From Epithemia pelagica (lineage: Eukaryota; Protista; Bacillariophyta), in the NCBI GenBank assembly GCA_946965045.2, contig OX337229.1, positions 3,410,001 to 3,474,000 on the forward strand: a stretch of 64,000 nucleotides of DNA. Reading direction: 5' to 3'. Both the position numbers and the translations under genes were made by a program. Below, one piece after another: positions 31,701 through 44,727 of the stretch. The notes under the pieces were generated by a model. That model saw only the letters and a program-made list of their open reading frames with translations, was not told where the DNA came from and did no database searches. Within the stretch, counting starts at the first letter, position 1. Every line of letters begins with the position of its first letter.

Positions 31701-34700
31701 ATAGCCGAGATGGCTTTGCGGAAAGCATCAAGGCTGCCAAGACCTACGTCCCACATCTTATTGCCGTGGCTATGGCAATAGAAGACTGCATGGTCAATTC
31801 ACTTTCATACAGAGAAGAATCGACAGGTCCGATCAAAGCCATGCGTCCACAAACGTCAAACGAGGATATTCGAAGGACAGATTTGGAGTCTTGGGTTGAC
31901 TTATCAACAGAGTCAGTCATTAGTGAGGTTGCCTTGGATTCTCCCGGTCTGGATGGATCAGGGAAACTAAATGCAGAGAAGGTTCTCCGATCCTGCCAGA
32001 ATGGGGCCCTGAACACAGCTGGAGGACTTTTAGCGACTGCCATGAGCCACGGTGGCGCGGGTGCGTCAGTGCCTCTCTGGCAAACAGTACTGGAAGTTTT
32101 CAAAGGCTCAATATCCTACACGTCAGGTGGGAAATCAACGAAAGATACTTCTGAGCAACCGGCTAGAGGCGAGGGAGAGGCAGAAGCAAAAATGGATTTA
32201 GGAATTTCCACGGCGACCCTTAGCCACGATGTCCTCTGTCGACTCATAGCCATCGTTCTCGTCAAATCTCTGAAGCGAGAATATCAATGGGAAGTATGGA
32301 GTTTCGAACTCAGTTCCGCTGTCTCATCTCTGCTGGTTCTCGTGGAAGAGAAAGGGCTTCTTCGAGTAAGGACAGACAGCGTCTCAACACAAAGCACTTG
32401 CAGTCATATCACTTCGGACCAAGTTGTTCTTGTTTGTGCTCTGTTATTTGTGCTGGAGTACGGACGAGACGCAACGGGCTGGTGCCAGCTTGCATTGCCT
32501 GCAATGAGCCCTACGAATGAACCAAAGACTTCTGCTCCTCTCGGTGATCTATCCGAGACATCAAAGCTTCTCTTGCCCGTCCTGTTGCCATGTGTTCGTC
32601 TACTTTTGGATACCATCGATAAGTTGTCGACCAAACAAGAAGTCTTCATACCAGGAGGCCCATCTGTGAACGAGGGAAAGGAAGAAGATCTTTCGGGGGA
32701 GTGCCTTCTTGATCGAGTCGTTGCTGAACTTGATTGTACATTGACAGCTGCTATTGTAGGGCTTGCTTTCTCCAGTGCGAGAGACATAGCCCTTGACGCA
32801 ATGGCATCTATGCGCAGGGCGTCAAAGAAGTTCGAGAGTAACGGCGAAGCATCAGGGGCGGACAAATGCCAATCACTGCTCTGCAAGGTGGCTGAAGAGC
32901 TTCGACAGCGATACAAAGCCGAAAGGAGACTTCGAGAGACAGCTTTGTTTGATGCCTATGACAACAAGAAGGAAGAAACGGCTGGAGAGTCGATCGCTGT
33001 AGAAAAACTTCTTCTTGGAGGTGACACGACAGAAACGGAGCACGATGATCAAGAAATAAAGTTTGAAGGCGGAAACGAAAGCGTAAGTGAAGATTTTGTC
33101 CTTTTTCACGAAGAAACAAATGAAAAGAGCACAGAACAGGGGACTGCTCGTCTCGGATTTAAACAGTACGAAGGACTTGGAGCCGCACTTGAAGAATGTA
33201 TGAATCCAGAAGCAAACGATCCATTACCCCGTATAACCCAGTCGCTTTTCCCTTATCTTGATACATGGGATCAGGTGGCAAGACGTCATGAGGAAGCATC
33301 TATGGTAGATCTGTTTGATCATAGTGCGAAAGACCAAAGCGATAGTGGACCCAAGTCCTCTGGTGAAAATAGGGATAATGGGCCTCACAGCTCCATCGTT
33401 CAAGGATCAGAGACTGCCGCCGATGCTATGAGCACATTCTTTGAATTTGCAGCTGCTGAAAAGTCACGATTGCGGGAGCTTTCGTTGCGCTTTCTTCCGA
33501 GTGCGCGATACAGCAGGATTTCATACGCTGATCGGTTTTGTTGGGCAAGATTCGTTGAGTTTCTGCTCGTGGAAGATGTAGATGTTTGGGAAAGAGGGAT
33601 ACCGGACGGAAATCGTGACATGCGATCTCGCATACCAACTGTTCCTTTTACTCCCCAGTTCCGTCGCCACGTACCAAAATACCTCGACAACGCAGCAATG
33701 TCAAATGCGCAGTCCAAAGACACCGAACTGAAAGAAGATGAAACGCCCACTGAAACTACAAAGCGGATGAGCGCTATCGCACCCCCTGAACTTGATGCGT
33801 TTACGAAGACGTTGCTCGAAGCAGGTAACCTTGAGATCGTTGACATTACGAAGCAAGAACTTGAAGATGAAGGACCAGATCTCGCTCTTGAGACAAATAG
33901 AGGTGAAAGTTTGGACGAGAACGACGATGACTTGTTTGTTTCCTCGGACGAAAATCACGGTGATTCTGAAGGTGAAAAACCATCTGTGGAAGGTACGGCG
34001 AAAGAAGAGTCTCATCAAGAAGAACAAAATGAAGAAGAGGACTCTGCGCCGATGGAAAACGGTCCAGATTATTCGTTTATGCCTGATGAGCTCGGTACTA
34101 AGGCAAATCATCATAGCATCACCTCCAGTGCCTTCGCAACGCCTCCGGACAACGCATCCTCCAGTCTTGGCCTTATGCACTCAGCTGCCGCTGGCATGAT
34201 TGAGATGCATCTAGACAATTGCCTTCATGTAAAACCGGAGGGAAGTCGGCAGTGCGCCATGCTACTGACGTCAACGCATCTTATCTTGGAGTACGAGTCA
34301 GAAACTGAGGGCTTTTATGACGGAGAACTTCTCGCGGTCCAAGAGGAAGTGGACCGTCAGCAGCGTATTGCTGATGACGTAGGTAATGGAAACAACAAGG
34401 ACATTGGATTGGAAGATGTCTTTCATCAAAAAGTTGAGCGAAGACAGAGGGAGATTGCTGCGATGCGGCCGAAGTCAATCCGCTGGAATCTCTCTGAAGT
34501 TTCGCATATTTACTTACGTCGCTATCGGCTGCGTGACAGTAGCATCGAAATGTTTTTCATTCCATCCGGGGGGACGGCTTTCGGTGGCCCGGGTGTATTT
34601 TCTCCGTCTTCTTCAGTTTTTCTGGATTTCGGGGCCGGTCGTGATGGAATGAGACGTCGAAATGAGGCTGCGTACGCTATGATGAAACGAGCACCCCCAC

Positions 34701-37277
34701 AAGCGATTAAGCAATGGCCTGACCGCGCTGTCCAATTTCTTCATGATCATATCACCAAATTAACTGTTGCTTGGGTCGAAGGGCGGATTTCGAATTTTGA
34801 CTACTTGCTGCACTTGAATATACTTTCGGGTAGAAGCTACAATGACATCTGTCAGTATCCGGTGGTATGTTTTATCATGAGCTGACAAATAAACTGGCAT
34901 CCTCTTCTTCTCACACTCTGCGCAGTTTCCTTGGGTGCTAGCGGACTACTCTTCAACCGAAATCCCTGATTTGACCAGAAAGAGTAATTTCCGCGATCTT
35001 TCGAAGCCCGTAGGGGCTCTCAACCCTGATAGATTGGAAGAATTTCTCGAACGTTTTGAAACATTTGCAGACCCCTCGATTCCGCCATTCATGTACGGAA
35101 GTCACTACTCAACCAGTGCTGGGGTCGTCTTGCACTTTCTAGTTAGACTTCACCCTTTTGCAGGACTTCACCGGCAACTTCAAAGCGGCCATTTTGATGT
35201 AGCCGATCGACTGTTCAGCTCAGTTCCTCGCACATGGGGGATGTGCACTGGACAATCAGCAGCCGAAGTGAAAGAACTCACACCAGAATGGTATTCCAAC
35301 CCAGCGTTTCTCAGAAATTCAAATAATTTCAAGCTTGGTACGTCCCAAGAGGGTGATATTCTTGGTGATGTCGAGCTACCACCATGGGCAGAAAATAGTC
35401 CAGAAAAGTTCATTGAGGTGATGCGCGCAGCGCTGGAGAGTGATGTTTGCTCAGAAATGCTACCAGATTGGATCGACCTTATCTTTGGCCGCAAGCAGCA
35501 AGGTCCAGAGGCGATCAAGGCGAACAACGTTTTCTTCTATCTGACTTATTACGGTTCTGTCGATGTTGCCAGTATCGAAGACGATGGACTTCGTCAGGCC
35601 ACTGAATTGCAGATTGCTCATTTTGGTCAATGTCCTATGCAGCTTTTTCGTAGGCCACATGTTCGAAGGCTACCAAGGTATGTTCATCGCGCACATTTCT
35701 TCCAGCTTATCAGTCTATACGCCCAAGCACCAAATCAAGACAGACAGGACGAGGAATCCGAAGATGAATCGGTCATCTTGAAGAAGTCTTCCTCGGGCCC
35801 TAGTCCCATGCTTGGTGAGCCTTTTTACCTGCCCTTCTTCTCGGCTCCTCTTTCCCATTGGATACATCTAGACGCACCTCCACCTGGACCGCATGCTGCT
35901 CTATTCGCGGTTCGCCTCGCTGGTGTAGATTCATGCCTTGCTGTCGATTCGAAGGGCATCTTCCACACATTTCGATGGGCGTGGCGAAATGACGAGCCGA
36001 ACGAAGAAGAAGGCGTCGAGCGAGCAGGAAGTTTTGTTCCTCAGGATCGTGGCTGTTTTATCGCCCAACGAGAGCTTCCACGTTTCCGAAGTGTTCCACG
36101 TCTCATGTATGCACCGATTGGAAACGAAGGCCCTGCTGTCGCTATATCGAAGACTCTTTTTGCAGGAAGGAGTGTTCTGTTGGTGCTCTCAGCGGGAGAT
36201 TCCCGTGGTGGACTTGGTATGCAACTAGTTGATCCAGCAAAGGGAATGATAAGAGGAGAAGTCTTGGTGCCTTCGGTACATTCGGGCCGCATCACATGCA
36301 TATCGACGGATCCAATTGGAACAGCGGCAGGGCAAGGAGGTGTTGGAGGAGAGCTCGCTGTTGTTGGAAGTTCTGACGGCAACGCGAGCCTCTGGAGATT
36401 CATGTCAAGTCATTATCTGCCCTTAAGACCACGCAATCGTCTTTCAGGACATGGAGGGTCCAGTATTTATGCAGTTAGTCTTTGCTCTGCAATAAACATT
36501 GCAGTGACGGTCTCTCGTGAACGTTGTTGTATTCACTCTGTCGGAAATGGTACACTTATGCGATCTTTCACCCCTCCGAAGAATGCTCTCGACTTTCCTG
36601 AGTCGCTGGAAGTCTGTACAAATTTCGCATGTACGCAAGCACTTGCGATATCTGTGCAAGGATATATTCTTACTGTCTGCGAGACAAGAGTAAAACATGG
36701 ATCAGACTCTGAACGGACGGTGGCCTCCCTGAATCTTTTCAACCTTGAAGGAATCTGTCTTGGTTCACAGCCTCTCGAGAGTTGGAGGGGTCTTCCAAAC
36801 CGTATGCAGTGCACGCCAGATGGAACGATCGTCTTCGTCTGTACAGGTCGAGGCGTCACTATGCACAGATTGTCGGCTGTGAAACCTCTCCAATTTGTTG
36901 ACGAATGGCAAATCGCTGAACTGGATGATGTTCTCTCTGGAAACGTTCCCGCGTGCTACGACTTAGATCTAGGACCAAGCTTGAGTCGTCCTGTTTGTGC
37001 AGCCGCGGGTTGTTCGGAAGGGGTTCTTCGACTTCATGCGCTTCCCGGGATCTCTGCATTCAGTGAACGACATCGAAAGGGCAGTCTCACACAAACTGTC
37101 GGTACCGCATTTGTACAACCAGCAAAGCGTTTCAATCGAGCTTTTCGAGAAGGACTGGGATTTGGAACCAAGATAGCGGACATGGGACGGGATATTGGTA
37201 AAGAGGTGTCAACGGATGTGAAGGAAAAAGGTGTTGGTGGGTTTCTTGGGAGCATGTTATTTCGCAAGAAGACTTAG
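28796..37277 (+). CDS. BEACH-domain protein (ConA-like, PH-BEACH, BEACH, WD40), ~2800 aa, intron 34865-34925
   Basis: LRRYRLRDSSIEMF (PH). ISNFDYLLHLNILSGRSYNDICQYPV|FPWVLADY, FMYGSHYS, ELTPEWY, WIDLIFGRKQQG and FGQCPMQLF (BEACH). WD-like C-terminus. Confidence 0.95.
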
Positions 37278-37764
37278 GAGGTTGTTTGTTTTCTGGTTGG
37301 ACCTACTTCTGATTTCAGGTTTGTATTAGGAACATGATTAGATGAATAGGTGTAGTCAGTAGTAAGCTATCCGTGATGCACAGCTATATTCACATAGAGA
37401 ACCGTTCGTGTTTTGAACCATCGTTTCTGGGACCAGACAATGACTGAAACTCGGCACAACAATCTCTGTGGTATCTGATAAGGTTCTGATTCATGCTTCG
37501 ATTACATTTTCGACATCTCTTTCTCTTATCTGCTTCACTCTAACCTCTAACACCACAAATAATATTTTTATTGGACAATAATGCTGATGGCGGGGACACG
37601 TCGTCTACGACAACTCAGCGTTCTTCTTGCTTCATCTACTGTTGACGACAGACTCATACTCTCACTCACCTCTCTGCATCATGACGTGTACACTTGTATT
37701 CTTCACTGTTTTCTCGTAACTCGTCCTTGATTACATCACCGAATCGCAAAAAAACGAAGGGACA

Positions 37765-39984
37765 ATGAGAAAAGAACACGAAGATGATCTATATGCGTGG
37801 TCAACAGCATCACCAGGTTCCGAAGATGTTGGGAATACAAGCGCACGCTGCGCAAGTCACCTCTCACTGTTCTTTGCGGACTCTCCAAGTCTCGCCATTG
37901 CAACAGAAGCTAGCAGCCATCCATCGGGCATCGTTGCGCTAGAATGGCAACCGTGGACTTGGGCTGGTGGTGGACTAGGGAACATCGCCGAGTGCCCCAT
38001 TCAAACATGTATAGCGGGGGCCGGCATTCGAAGGGACTCTCTTACGTTCGCATCACTCTGTATTGTTCCACAATGTATGGCGCGTGATCTGGTGGCAGAT
38101 GATTTTCTCGATGTTCTTGAAAATGCTAGCCATCGAGCGGAGGATGTCACTCTTGCTTCCGAGTACTCGAACTCTGTAAGACGTATAACAGAACTCAACA
38201 AATTTCTTGGTACGGGGTGGATATGTGGCGATTTCGTTGTCCCCTGGACTCTCTGGCCACTAGGATATGTTTTCATCGGTTTTGTTTCCATCTTCGTTTT
38301 GTTTGTGCTCATGGGGTCTTTCTGTCGACGCAAACGAACGAATCGTGGACGAGGTCTTTCCCAAACTGTAAACTCAGATGACATGGACGATGATCCAGAA
38401 AAAGTGAAGCTCATTAACTACGCCAATGAAGAAAAAACTGGAAACATAACTGCTTCTCCCTCCGTCGATACAACAACATCCCTAATTCAAGAGTCGCTTT
38501 TGAGATCTTTTGACCTCTTTGCGAACAGCAATGAACTCTTTGCGGAGAAATCGACAAAAACAGCAGTTCTGGACGGTCTCCGAGTTGGAAGCATTTGCTG
38601 GATAATGGTAGGACACGTAATGGCTATCACAGGAAGTGTAGCAGGCTTTTCCAATCCCAAGGAAGTTTTTCCTCCATCGGGGTACTTGGCTAGTTTTGGT
38701 GGGCAACTTGTTCTTTCAAGCAGGTTTGCAGTCGAAACTTTCCTGATAATCTCAGGCTTTTTGACTTTTCATGTGCTGAACCGCAAGTTAAGTCGTCGGC
38801 AGAACTCACGGAGTGTTCTGTTTCGTTACATGACTTCGATACCGAAGCTCTTCGTGGCAAGGGCATTTCGTGTCTTGCCATTATATTTGGTGACGCTTCT
38901 TTTTTATACTCAGATCGCTCCTCACATGGGAGGGGGGCCGTTTTGGTACCAGTGGACGGCCTTGTTGAAACCATGTCATGATTACGGTTGGACAAATCTG
39001 CTGTTTGTAAACAATTTTGTTCCATTTGGTGGTCCAACAACAGAAACCTGCTTCTATCACTCATGGTACCTTGCCGTTGACATGCAGTTATTTCTCTTGT
39101 CATCCGTGCTAGTTTTTTGGCACCAGGAAAACCCTCGCCACGGGAAACAAGCAACTGCCGTATTGTGGTTTCTGTCCATGTTCGCAACCACCTTTCTGGC
39201 TTTTTCCAGACGGTGGAGTATAAACACATTTGACGGTGCCGCCGTTGCACGATACGATGCCGAGGCTTACGCGAAGCCACATGTCAGGGCACAATCCTAC
39301 CTCACAGGCGTTTTTGTGGCAATGATTTTACCCGACCTTGATATCCAGCGACGATTCGACTTTTCCTGGAAACATAAAGTCTTGGAGTTGCTGGCGGTGC
39401 TCTCCCTTGTGTTTGTGTCTTTCATCACCTTCTTTGGTGCTAATAGCAGAAGAGCTTGCCAGTATCAGGAATGGCCTCATCTCAACGACTGTGGGTCAGA
39501 TTGGTCAGAAACGGCAAACTGGATGTACGCATCATTCAGTCAAACGATCTGGTGTTTAAGCATTGGGACACTGATTCACCTTTTCATTGGTCGCGAAACT
39601 GAGGTGAGCGCGATCTCTTCACTTCTTTCATTAAAAGTCTGGGTGCCATTGTCTCGCCTCAGCTTCGCAGTGTATTTGGTGCACCCCATCCTTATTTTCA
39701 TGTGGGAACTTGGGAGCAGTGAGAAAGAAGTTTTCCGACCATCAACCTTTGCCATGAATGTATTGGCAGTCAGCGTTGCAAGTTACCTCGTGGCATTGGT
39801 TGTTGTGCTTTTCGTCGAGATGCCCGCTGCTAATCTCTTGAAGTTTGCTCCAAGTGTGAGATTCTCATGGCCGCCGGACCTTATCAGTTCCGTTTGGTTG
39901 AAAGAGGCACGGAGGACGTTCATGCCTTCTTCATACGGCTCAACCCAACGAGAAGATGATGAACAAACAGACGGTAGAAGGTAG
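37765..39984 (+). CDS. NRF-6-like membrane acyltransferase (Acyl_transf_3)
   Basis: LDGLRVGSICWIMVGH, FAVETFLIISGFL, WTNLLFVNNF, HSWYLAVDMQLF, PLSRLSFAVYLVH, with many TM segments. An upstream exon is possible. Confidence 0.88.
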   Translation: MRKEHEDDLYAWSTASPGSEDVGNTSARCASHLSLFFADSPSLAIATEASSHPSGIVALEWQPWTWAGGGLGNIAECPIQTCIAGAGIRRDSLTFASLCIVPQCMARDLVADDFLDVLENASHRAEDVTLASEYSNSVRRITELNKFLGTGWICGDFVVPWTLWPLGYVFIGFVSIFVLFVLMGSFCRRKRTNRGRGLSQTVNSDDMDDDPEKVKLINYANEEKTGNITASPSVDTTTSLIQESLLRSFDLFANSNELFAEKSTKTAVLDGLRVGSICWIMVGHVMAITGSVAGFSNPKEVFPPSGYLASFGGQLVLSSRFAVETFLIISGFLTFHVLNRKLSRRQNSRSVLFRYMTSIPKLFVARAFRVLPLYLVTLLFYTQIAPHMGGGPFWYQWTALLKPCHDYGWTNLLFVNNFVPFGGPTTETCFYHSWYLAVDMQLFLLSSVLVFWHQENPRHGKQATAVLWFLSMFATTFLAFSRRWSINTFDGAAVARYDAEAYAKPHVRAQSYLTGVFVAMILPDLDIQRRFDFSWKHKVLELLAVLSLVFVSFITFFGANSRRACQYQEWPHLNDCGSDWSETANWMYASFSQTIWCLSIGTLIHLFIGRETEVSAISSLLSLKVWVPLSRLSFAVYLVHPILIFMWELGSSEKEVFRPSTFAMNVLAVSVASYLVALVVVLFVEMPAANLLKFAPSVRFSWPPDLISSVWLKEARRTFMPSSYGSTQREDDEQTDGRR

Positions 39985-40570
39985 CTTGAACGGTTCAATG
40001 AACCTCGTTTACCCGCTTGGTTCAAGGAAACAGGATGGACTCTCATATCTACTCAATCCCACGAGAGGGTGCGGAGGAAGGAGACAGCAGTCGATGAACC
40101 ACGTATGTCCATCCATGTTATGGACTCTTCCATAACTCCCGTATTCACGAATCGAAGTCGTTTGGAGTACCCAAGTACTCCTAGGTTGATGAAATTAGAA
40201 AAATAATTTCCAACGACCTATTCAGTACCTCTAATAAGCTATATTGCCTTCTTTCTTAAGATTCCCATAGCTATGTGTACCACTGGCTGTGGCCGTTGCG
40301 CGATCTCCCGAATTCGAAAATGACTTTCGTCGTATGGCCATTGCTCCCGCTCAAGTCTAGGAGAGTTTGTGTGGCTGCTTTCCTCTTTGGTTAAACGACC
40401 CGAACGTATTGGTCTTTTGAAGTTGTCAGGTTTGACACCTGCGATACTTTATTTTCCCTGTGTACCTTTTGACTGAAGCCAATATATCGTCTTTACCTGA
40501 ACCTCTCCGGCAGCGTCGTGCCCCTGCTCTTGTTGCGCAGTATCCAGTATCGTTTCCTGTATCCCCAGAT

Positions 40571-41347
40571 ATGGCGTCTTCTTTCGAGCAACTGAAGCGC
40601 GAGGCTGTTCAACTTGAGCGCCAGCTTGAGGAAAAGGTGACGAGATATCAACAGGTAGGTGATTGAAGGAATAATGTTGCTTTCTCATCTTCAGTATTTG
40701 CGTCTGATCCTCTGTTGCTGTTTCTTTTCAACGAGAAGTTGGCCCAGCGCCTGAATCAATCTGCTGTTAGTCATGATCTCTCAAAGACGGAGCAAGGTTC
40801 ATCGCCTGGAGTGTCATGGGACGAAGAGACCACTGTACAGCAGGATGTACAACGACTGCTCAATCATCTTCAGGACTTGATTTCGGGGCGGCTGAACCAG
40901 GCTGCCCGTAATCCTAGTCAACAAGCGGTTGTTGGACGGTACCGCGATATTATGATGGATCTACGTGCTGATTTCGAAAAAAGTCAACAAACTGTCCGCC
41001 GTGCAGCAGAACGTCGGGAACTGCTACAGGGATCTTCAGCAACATCCGTTGGTTCGGGCAATGATCCTGCCACCGAGCATTTGTTACGTGAACGAAATCA
41101 TATACAAAATTCGATGAATGCTGTCAACAGCGTAGTAGGACAGGCAGAGGCGGTTCAGCATGACTTACGTTATCAGGGACGGAGCTTACGCAACACGCAA
41201 GGCTTGATTGGACAAATTACAGGCAACATTCCAGGTTTGAACACACTTGTCGAACAAATCCGCAGAAAAAGATCTCGTGACGATATGATTGTGGCGGGGG
41301 TCATAGCAACATGCTTCGTTTTCACGCTCTGGTACATGTTCGGTTAG
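40571..41347 (+). CDS. GOS1: Golgi SNARE GOS1/GOSR1, exons 40571-40654 and ~40739-41347
   Basis: MASSFEQLKREAVQLERQLE, EHLLRERNHI, IPGLNTLVEQIRRKRSRD, and a C-terminal TM. Confidence 0.9.
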
Positions 41348-41633
41348 GAACTGTAAGCTGGCTTTTTGTTCCTTATCTGATGCATGACAGTCGCTTCCCC
41401 TTCGTACAGGACTTCCATCTTTCAACCGGCTCTTTTGAATTGTGTGGCGAGAAACGATTCAAAAGGAAGACCATCAAAGCTATGGATTACCTCTGTTGAT
41501 GATAACCAAGCTACTGTTACGTGTCGCTGAATCTTTCTATATCATTTTCGAGGATGTCGTTCGTCTCTTAGTTCAAAACACTCATGGCTGTAATTGATCT
41601 TTGGCAATTTCGCTCTTTTAGTATGTACAGAGC

Positions 41634-42308
41634 CTATCTATCACACAGAGCGGTATCAGCAAGACCAAGAACTCGTGCATATTGTACAGATTGACTGGAT
41701 GCCTCCCGATATACTTGGGCGAGACGCTCTGGTTCCGATTCGCCTTTGATGAGTTGGCTCGCCTGCTCCAGCATTACCTCAGTTCGGACATTCACAATGG
41801 AAACACAACGTGAATACATATGGTGAAACCATGACCATCTTTCCAGCCCCCTCTGCCGTTCAAACGCCTCTGATTTGCACAGAATTGATGCCTTCCGCAA
41901 GATTCCCACTGAGTTTTCCATTTCACTTGTTGATGATGAATCCTGAACATATGCTTGAAATAGCTCTGACTCGAGATCAATACTGGCACAAAACTGCTTT
42001 GCTGAGCGTTTCATATCGCGCAGAGACCTTCGTGAATACCACAGTGTCTGGCATTCATCATGATATAGTGCTTTTTCGTCGTTATGAGTCAAATTGCTGG
42101 AACCAAATCGTACTCTTCGTTTCTTCGACAGAGGGAAATTCTCAGCAGGCATTGAATGCTTCATGCAGCCGCTTCTTCGTTTTCGATGAACGTCCACCTT
42201 TGTGGTAGCAATTTCGCTGCATTCGACTTCGGCAACAACAGGAAGCAAAACCGCACGCGAAGTGAAATTCCTTCTGTAATCCACACAGACGTCAATTTCT
42301 TTCAACAT
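41634..42308 (-). CDS. Diatom-type hypothetical protein (RVRF...LWYS...RGLE...Y..AS family)
   Basis: Clean 224-aa ORF with the recurring motif pattern of a common diatom uncharacterised family. Confidence 0.65.
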   Translation of the reverse strand: MLKEIDVCVDYRRNFTSRAVLLPVVAEVECSEIATTKVDVHRKRRSGCMKHSMPAENFPLSKKRRVRFGSSNLTHNDEKALYHDECQTLWYSRRSLRDMKRSAKQFCASIDLESELFQAYVQDSSSTSEMENSVGILRKASILCKSEAFERQRGLERWSWFHHMYSRCVSIVNVRTEVMLEQASQLIKGESEPERLAQVYREASSQSVQYARVLGLADTALCDR

Positions 42309-42530
42309 TTTCCAAAGGTTATCTAGCGATTCAAGCGCCTTATCGTTGTCTCAGGTTGTTACGTTAAAAAATGATCGGACTAGGTAGTATCCTTGACCAT
42401 GCGCTCTTGATGAGAAGATTGACTACCGTAGAACTCGTAATCAAGCAACGGAATTCTCTAGCACAAACATGAAACGGGAAAAAACGCGGTGTTGTGTCTG
42501 TATACGAGTACGAGTACGGCATACGGCATA

Positions 42531-44392
42531 CGAGCTCCATCAATCGATATGTTGGCGCTCAGTTGCCCGTGCTTTTCAGTTGCCCGTGCTTTTCAGGCCC
42601 CCACTGTTTCCTCTATAGTGATTCTAGCTTCGTAGGAAGAGCACTACGGTCATTTTGCACTGCATAACACCACCATGGACAACAAGAACCGCTGTGCACC
42701 TCCAACGAAAGGTGCTAGCACTCCGCCGACCATCCAGGAAGCTTGATCTTCATGTGTATTGTGAGGGAATGGACGGGAAGGGATGAGTTGGCTAGTTTCA
42801 TCGACCTACGGCAAGGCTCTGAAGTCTTCCAAATTTTGGGCTGGAAGGAAGCAAGGAGATGACAACGATTGGAGTCAAATGATGATGGGATGAACGAAGA
42901 TTGCGGGGTGGGAGGACATTGGAAGCTTTGATATAGCTCAATGAGGCATGGCAGAGTCGCGAAAACCGCTCACAGCAATCAGACGGATCGTTTCGACAAA
43001 AACAACAACAACAACAAACTCTGGCTTCGAAGGAACGACAACAACAAGCAACCCCTTACACAAGCTCTCTAAAAGCAACAACAAGAACAAGCAATATGGA
43101 TGCAACAACAAGTCATTCCAGGAGTGGATGCCACGAAGCTGCGGTGGCGGCTATCCGATCAAGTGGTCGTCCTTCTCCTTCTCCCTTGTGTTCGGAAAAC
43201 TTTGTGGCACAACAACGACACCAAACAACAACGCAACAATCAAATGCGCTATGTTTCTTTTGGTTCCACAGTTCTACAGCCCAAACGAGGCAGAGCGGAA
43301 ACAACAAGTAGCGACAGCAACAACGAGCGGTGTCAACGACAAAGACAACGAATGGCGACCATCACAACAACACCATACTCAACAATTCACTCCTCGTTCC
43401 GGCTGTGCCCTACAGCAAGCGGCGACAACGACATGCGACAAGACAGCAAGCGGCAACAACGACAAGCGACGACAATGACATGCGACAACGCGACAATCAA
43501 CTACTCGCTGCCGCCGCACGAAACTCTCGACAACCCCAATGCAACAATCAACTACTCGCTGTCACCGAACGAAATACTCGGCGACACCACCGACAACACG
43601 CGCCGACGACAACAACGATAACAACACGCGACAATCAACTCCATCTTTCTCACGGCCTCAGCGAATCGAAAACTCGCATTGATTAGGGCAACAATCAAAT
43701 AGAAGAGACATGACCAACACAACAATCAACTACTACAATCAAATCCTTGGTTCGACAACAGCAACAGTCGCAGCCATCAAGCAAACAAAACATTCCACGA
43801 CAACCACAATCGACAACTAGATACAACAAGACAATGAAGACAACATGCAACAATCAAACTATAGTTCATCGTCTGTTTCTACTTCTCCGTCTGACTCGAA
43901 GTCTCCGTCCTCTCTCGCTCTCAGGATGGCATGGGCACCTCTGTTTCTTTCATTTCTACGGTTCTGCAAGAAACGTCAACGCCTTGTTTTTGCCGAACGA
44001 GACAACCCTGTGCCGCGACAACGACACCAAACGCAACAACGAACTCCTCGTTTCGGCCGAGTGAACCAATCCCCTATAACAACGAGGACAACAAGCAGCA
44101 GTGATGGTGGCAACCTAATATAGGCTTATCATTAGGAAGCCGTTTGTACAGTTTGATCTACTCGTAGTCCTAGTACTTTTACTTCTCGTACAGAAAGGGG
44201 AAGCGCCTCCACGTCATGGTGAAAGGTTCATCGGTAGGAGTGCGAGGTAACCTCACGAGAACATCTTGTCGATGTGGGGCAATTCGTTTTACTTTAGGAA
44301 AATGTATAGTGAAGTGAATCTCGTAGGGCCGGAAGTTTCACCGAGGTGAAGCACGGGCAACTGAGCGCCAACATATCGATTGATGGAGCTCG
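42531..44392. mobile_element. Non-autonomous Tc1/mariner-type element A, 1862 bp, TA TSD
   Basis: Perfect 44-bp TIR CGAGCTCCATCAATCGATATGTTGGCGCTCAGTTGCCCGTGCTT. TA at 42529-30 and 44393-94. A/C-rich minisatellite interior. Confidence 0.88.
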
Positions 44393-44561
44393 TACCCAGA
44401 CAGTTTCGGTACTCGGACTCATGAGGAAGAAGGATGAAGGTGCATGATACAATAAAACGGAAAAGGGGTACTCGTACTCCTATACTCGTACTCTTATTTC
44501 TCTGTAAGTGAAATAATCTAGTTATAAGTACTGTACGAGTATCAGCCAGCAGCCAGGCAGT

Positions 44562-44604
44562 CCCCAATCCCCCATCCCCAATCCCAATCCCCCATCCCAG
44601 TCCC
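44562..44604 (-). other. Potential G-quadruplex
   Basis: Seven G-runs of 3-5 nt separated by 2-3-nt loops on the minus strand. Confidence 0.6.
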
Positions 44605-44727
44605 ATGGAACCATAATTCAAGCCCTTCAATTAATTGCCCCCCTTTCAATCTTCAAGGAACGTGGACGAGTGGACGGTGGGCATAAAACAAATAAGAATA
44701 GTCACCACCCTTACGAGTACTAATCTA

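Noticed and set aside
43400-43640. Short recurring GACAAC/GCGAC units considered as a CRISPR-like array
   Set aside because: No constant-length repeat with unique spacers, no cas genes, and eukaryotic context.
42948-43686. Several 100-176-aa Thr/Gln/Asn-rich ORFs in all frames
   Set aside because: They lie inside mariner-type element A; stop-free because of the A/C-biased minisatellite, with no domain signal.
44562-44604. Possible interstitial telomeric repeat
   Set aside because: Units read GGGATT/GGGAT on the minus strand, not (TTAGGG)n, and are irregular.
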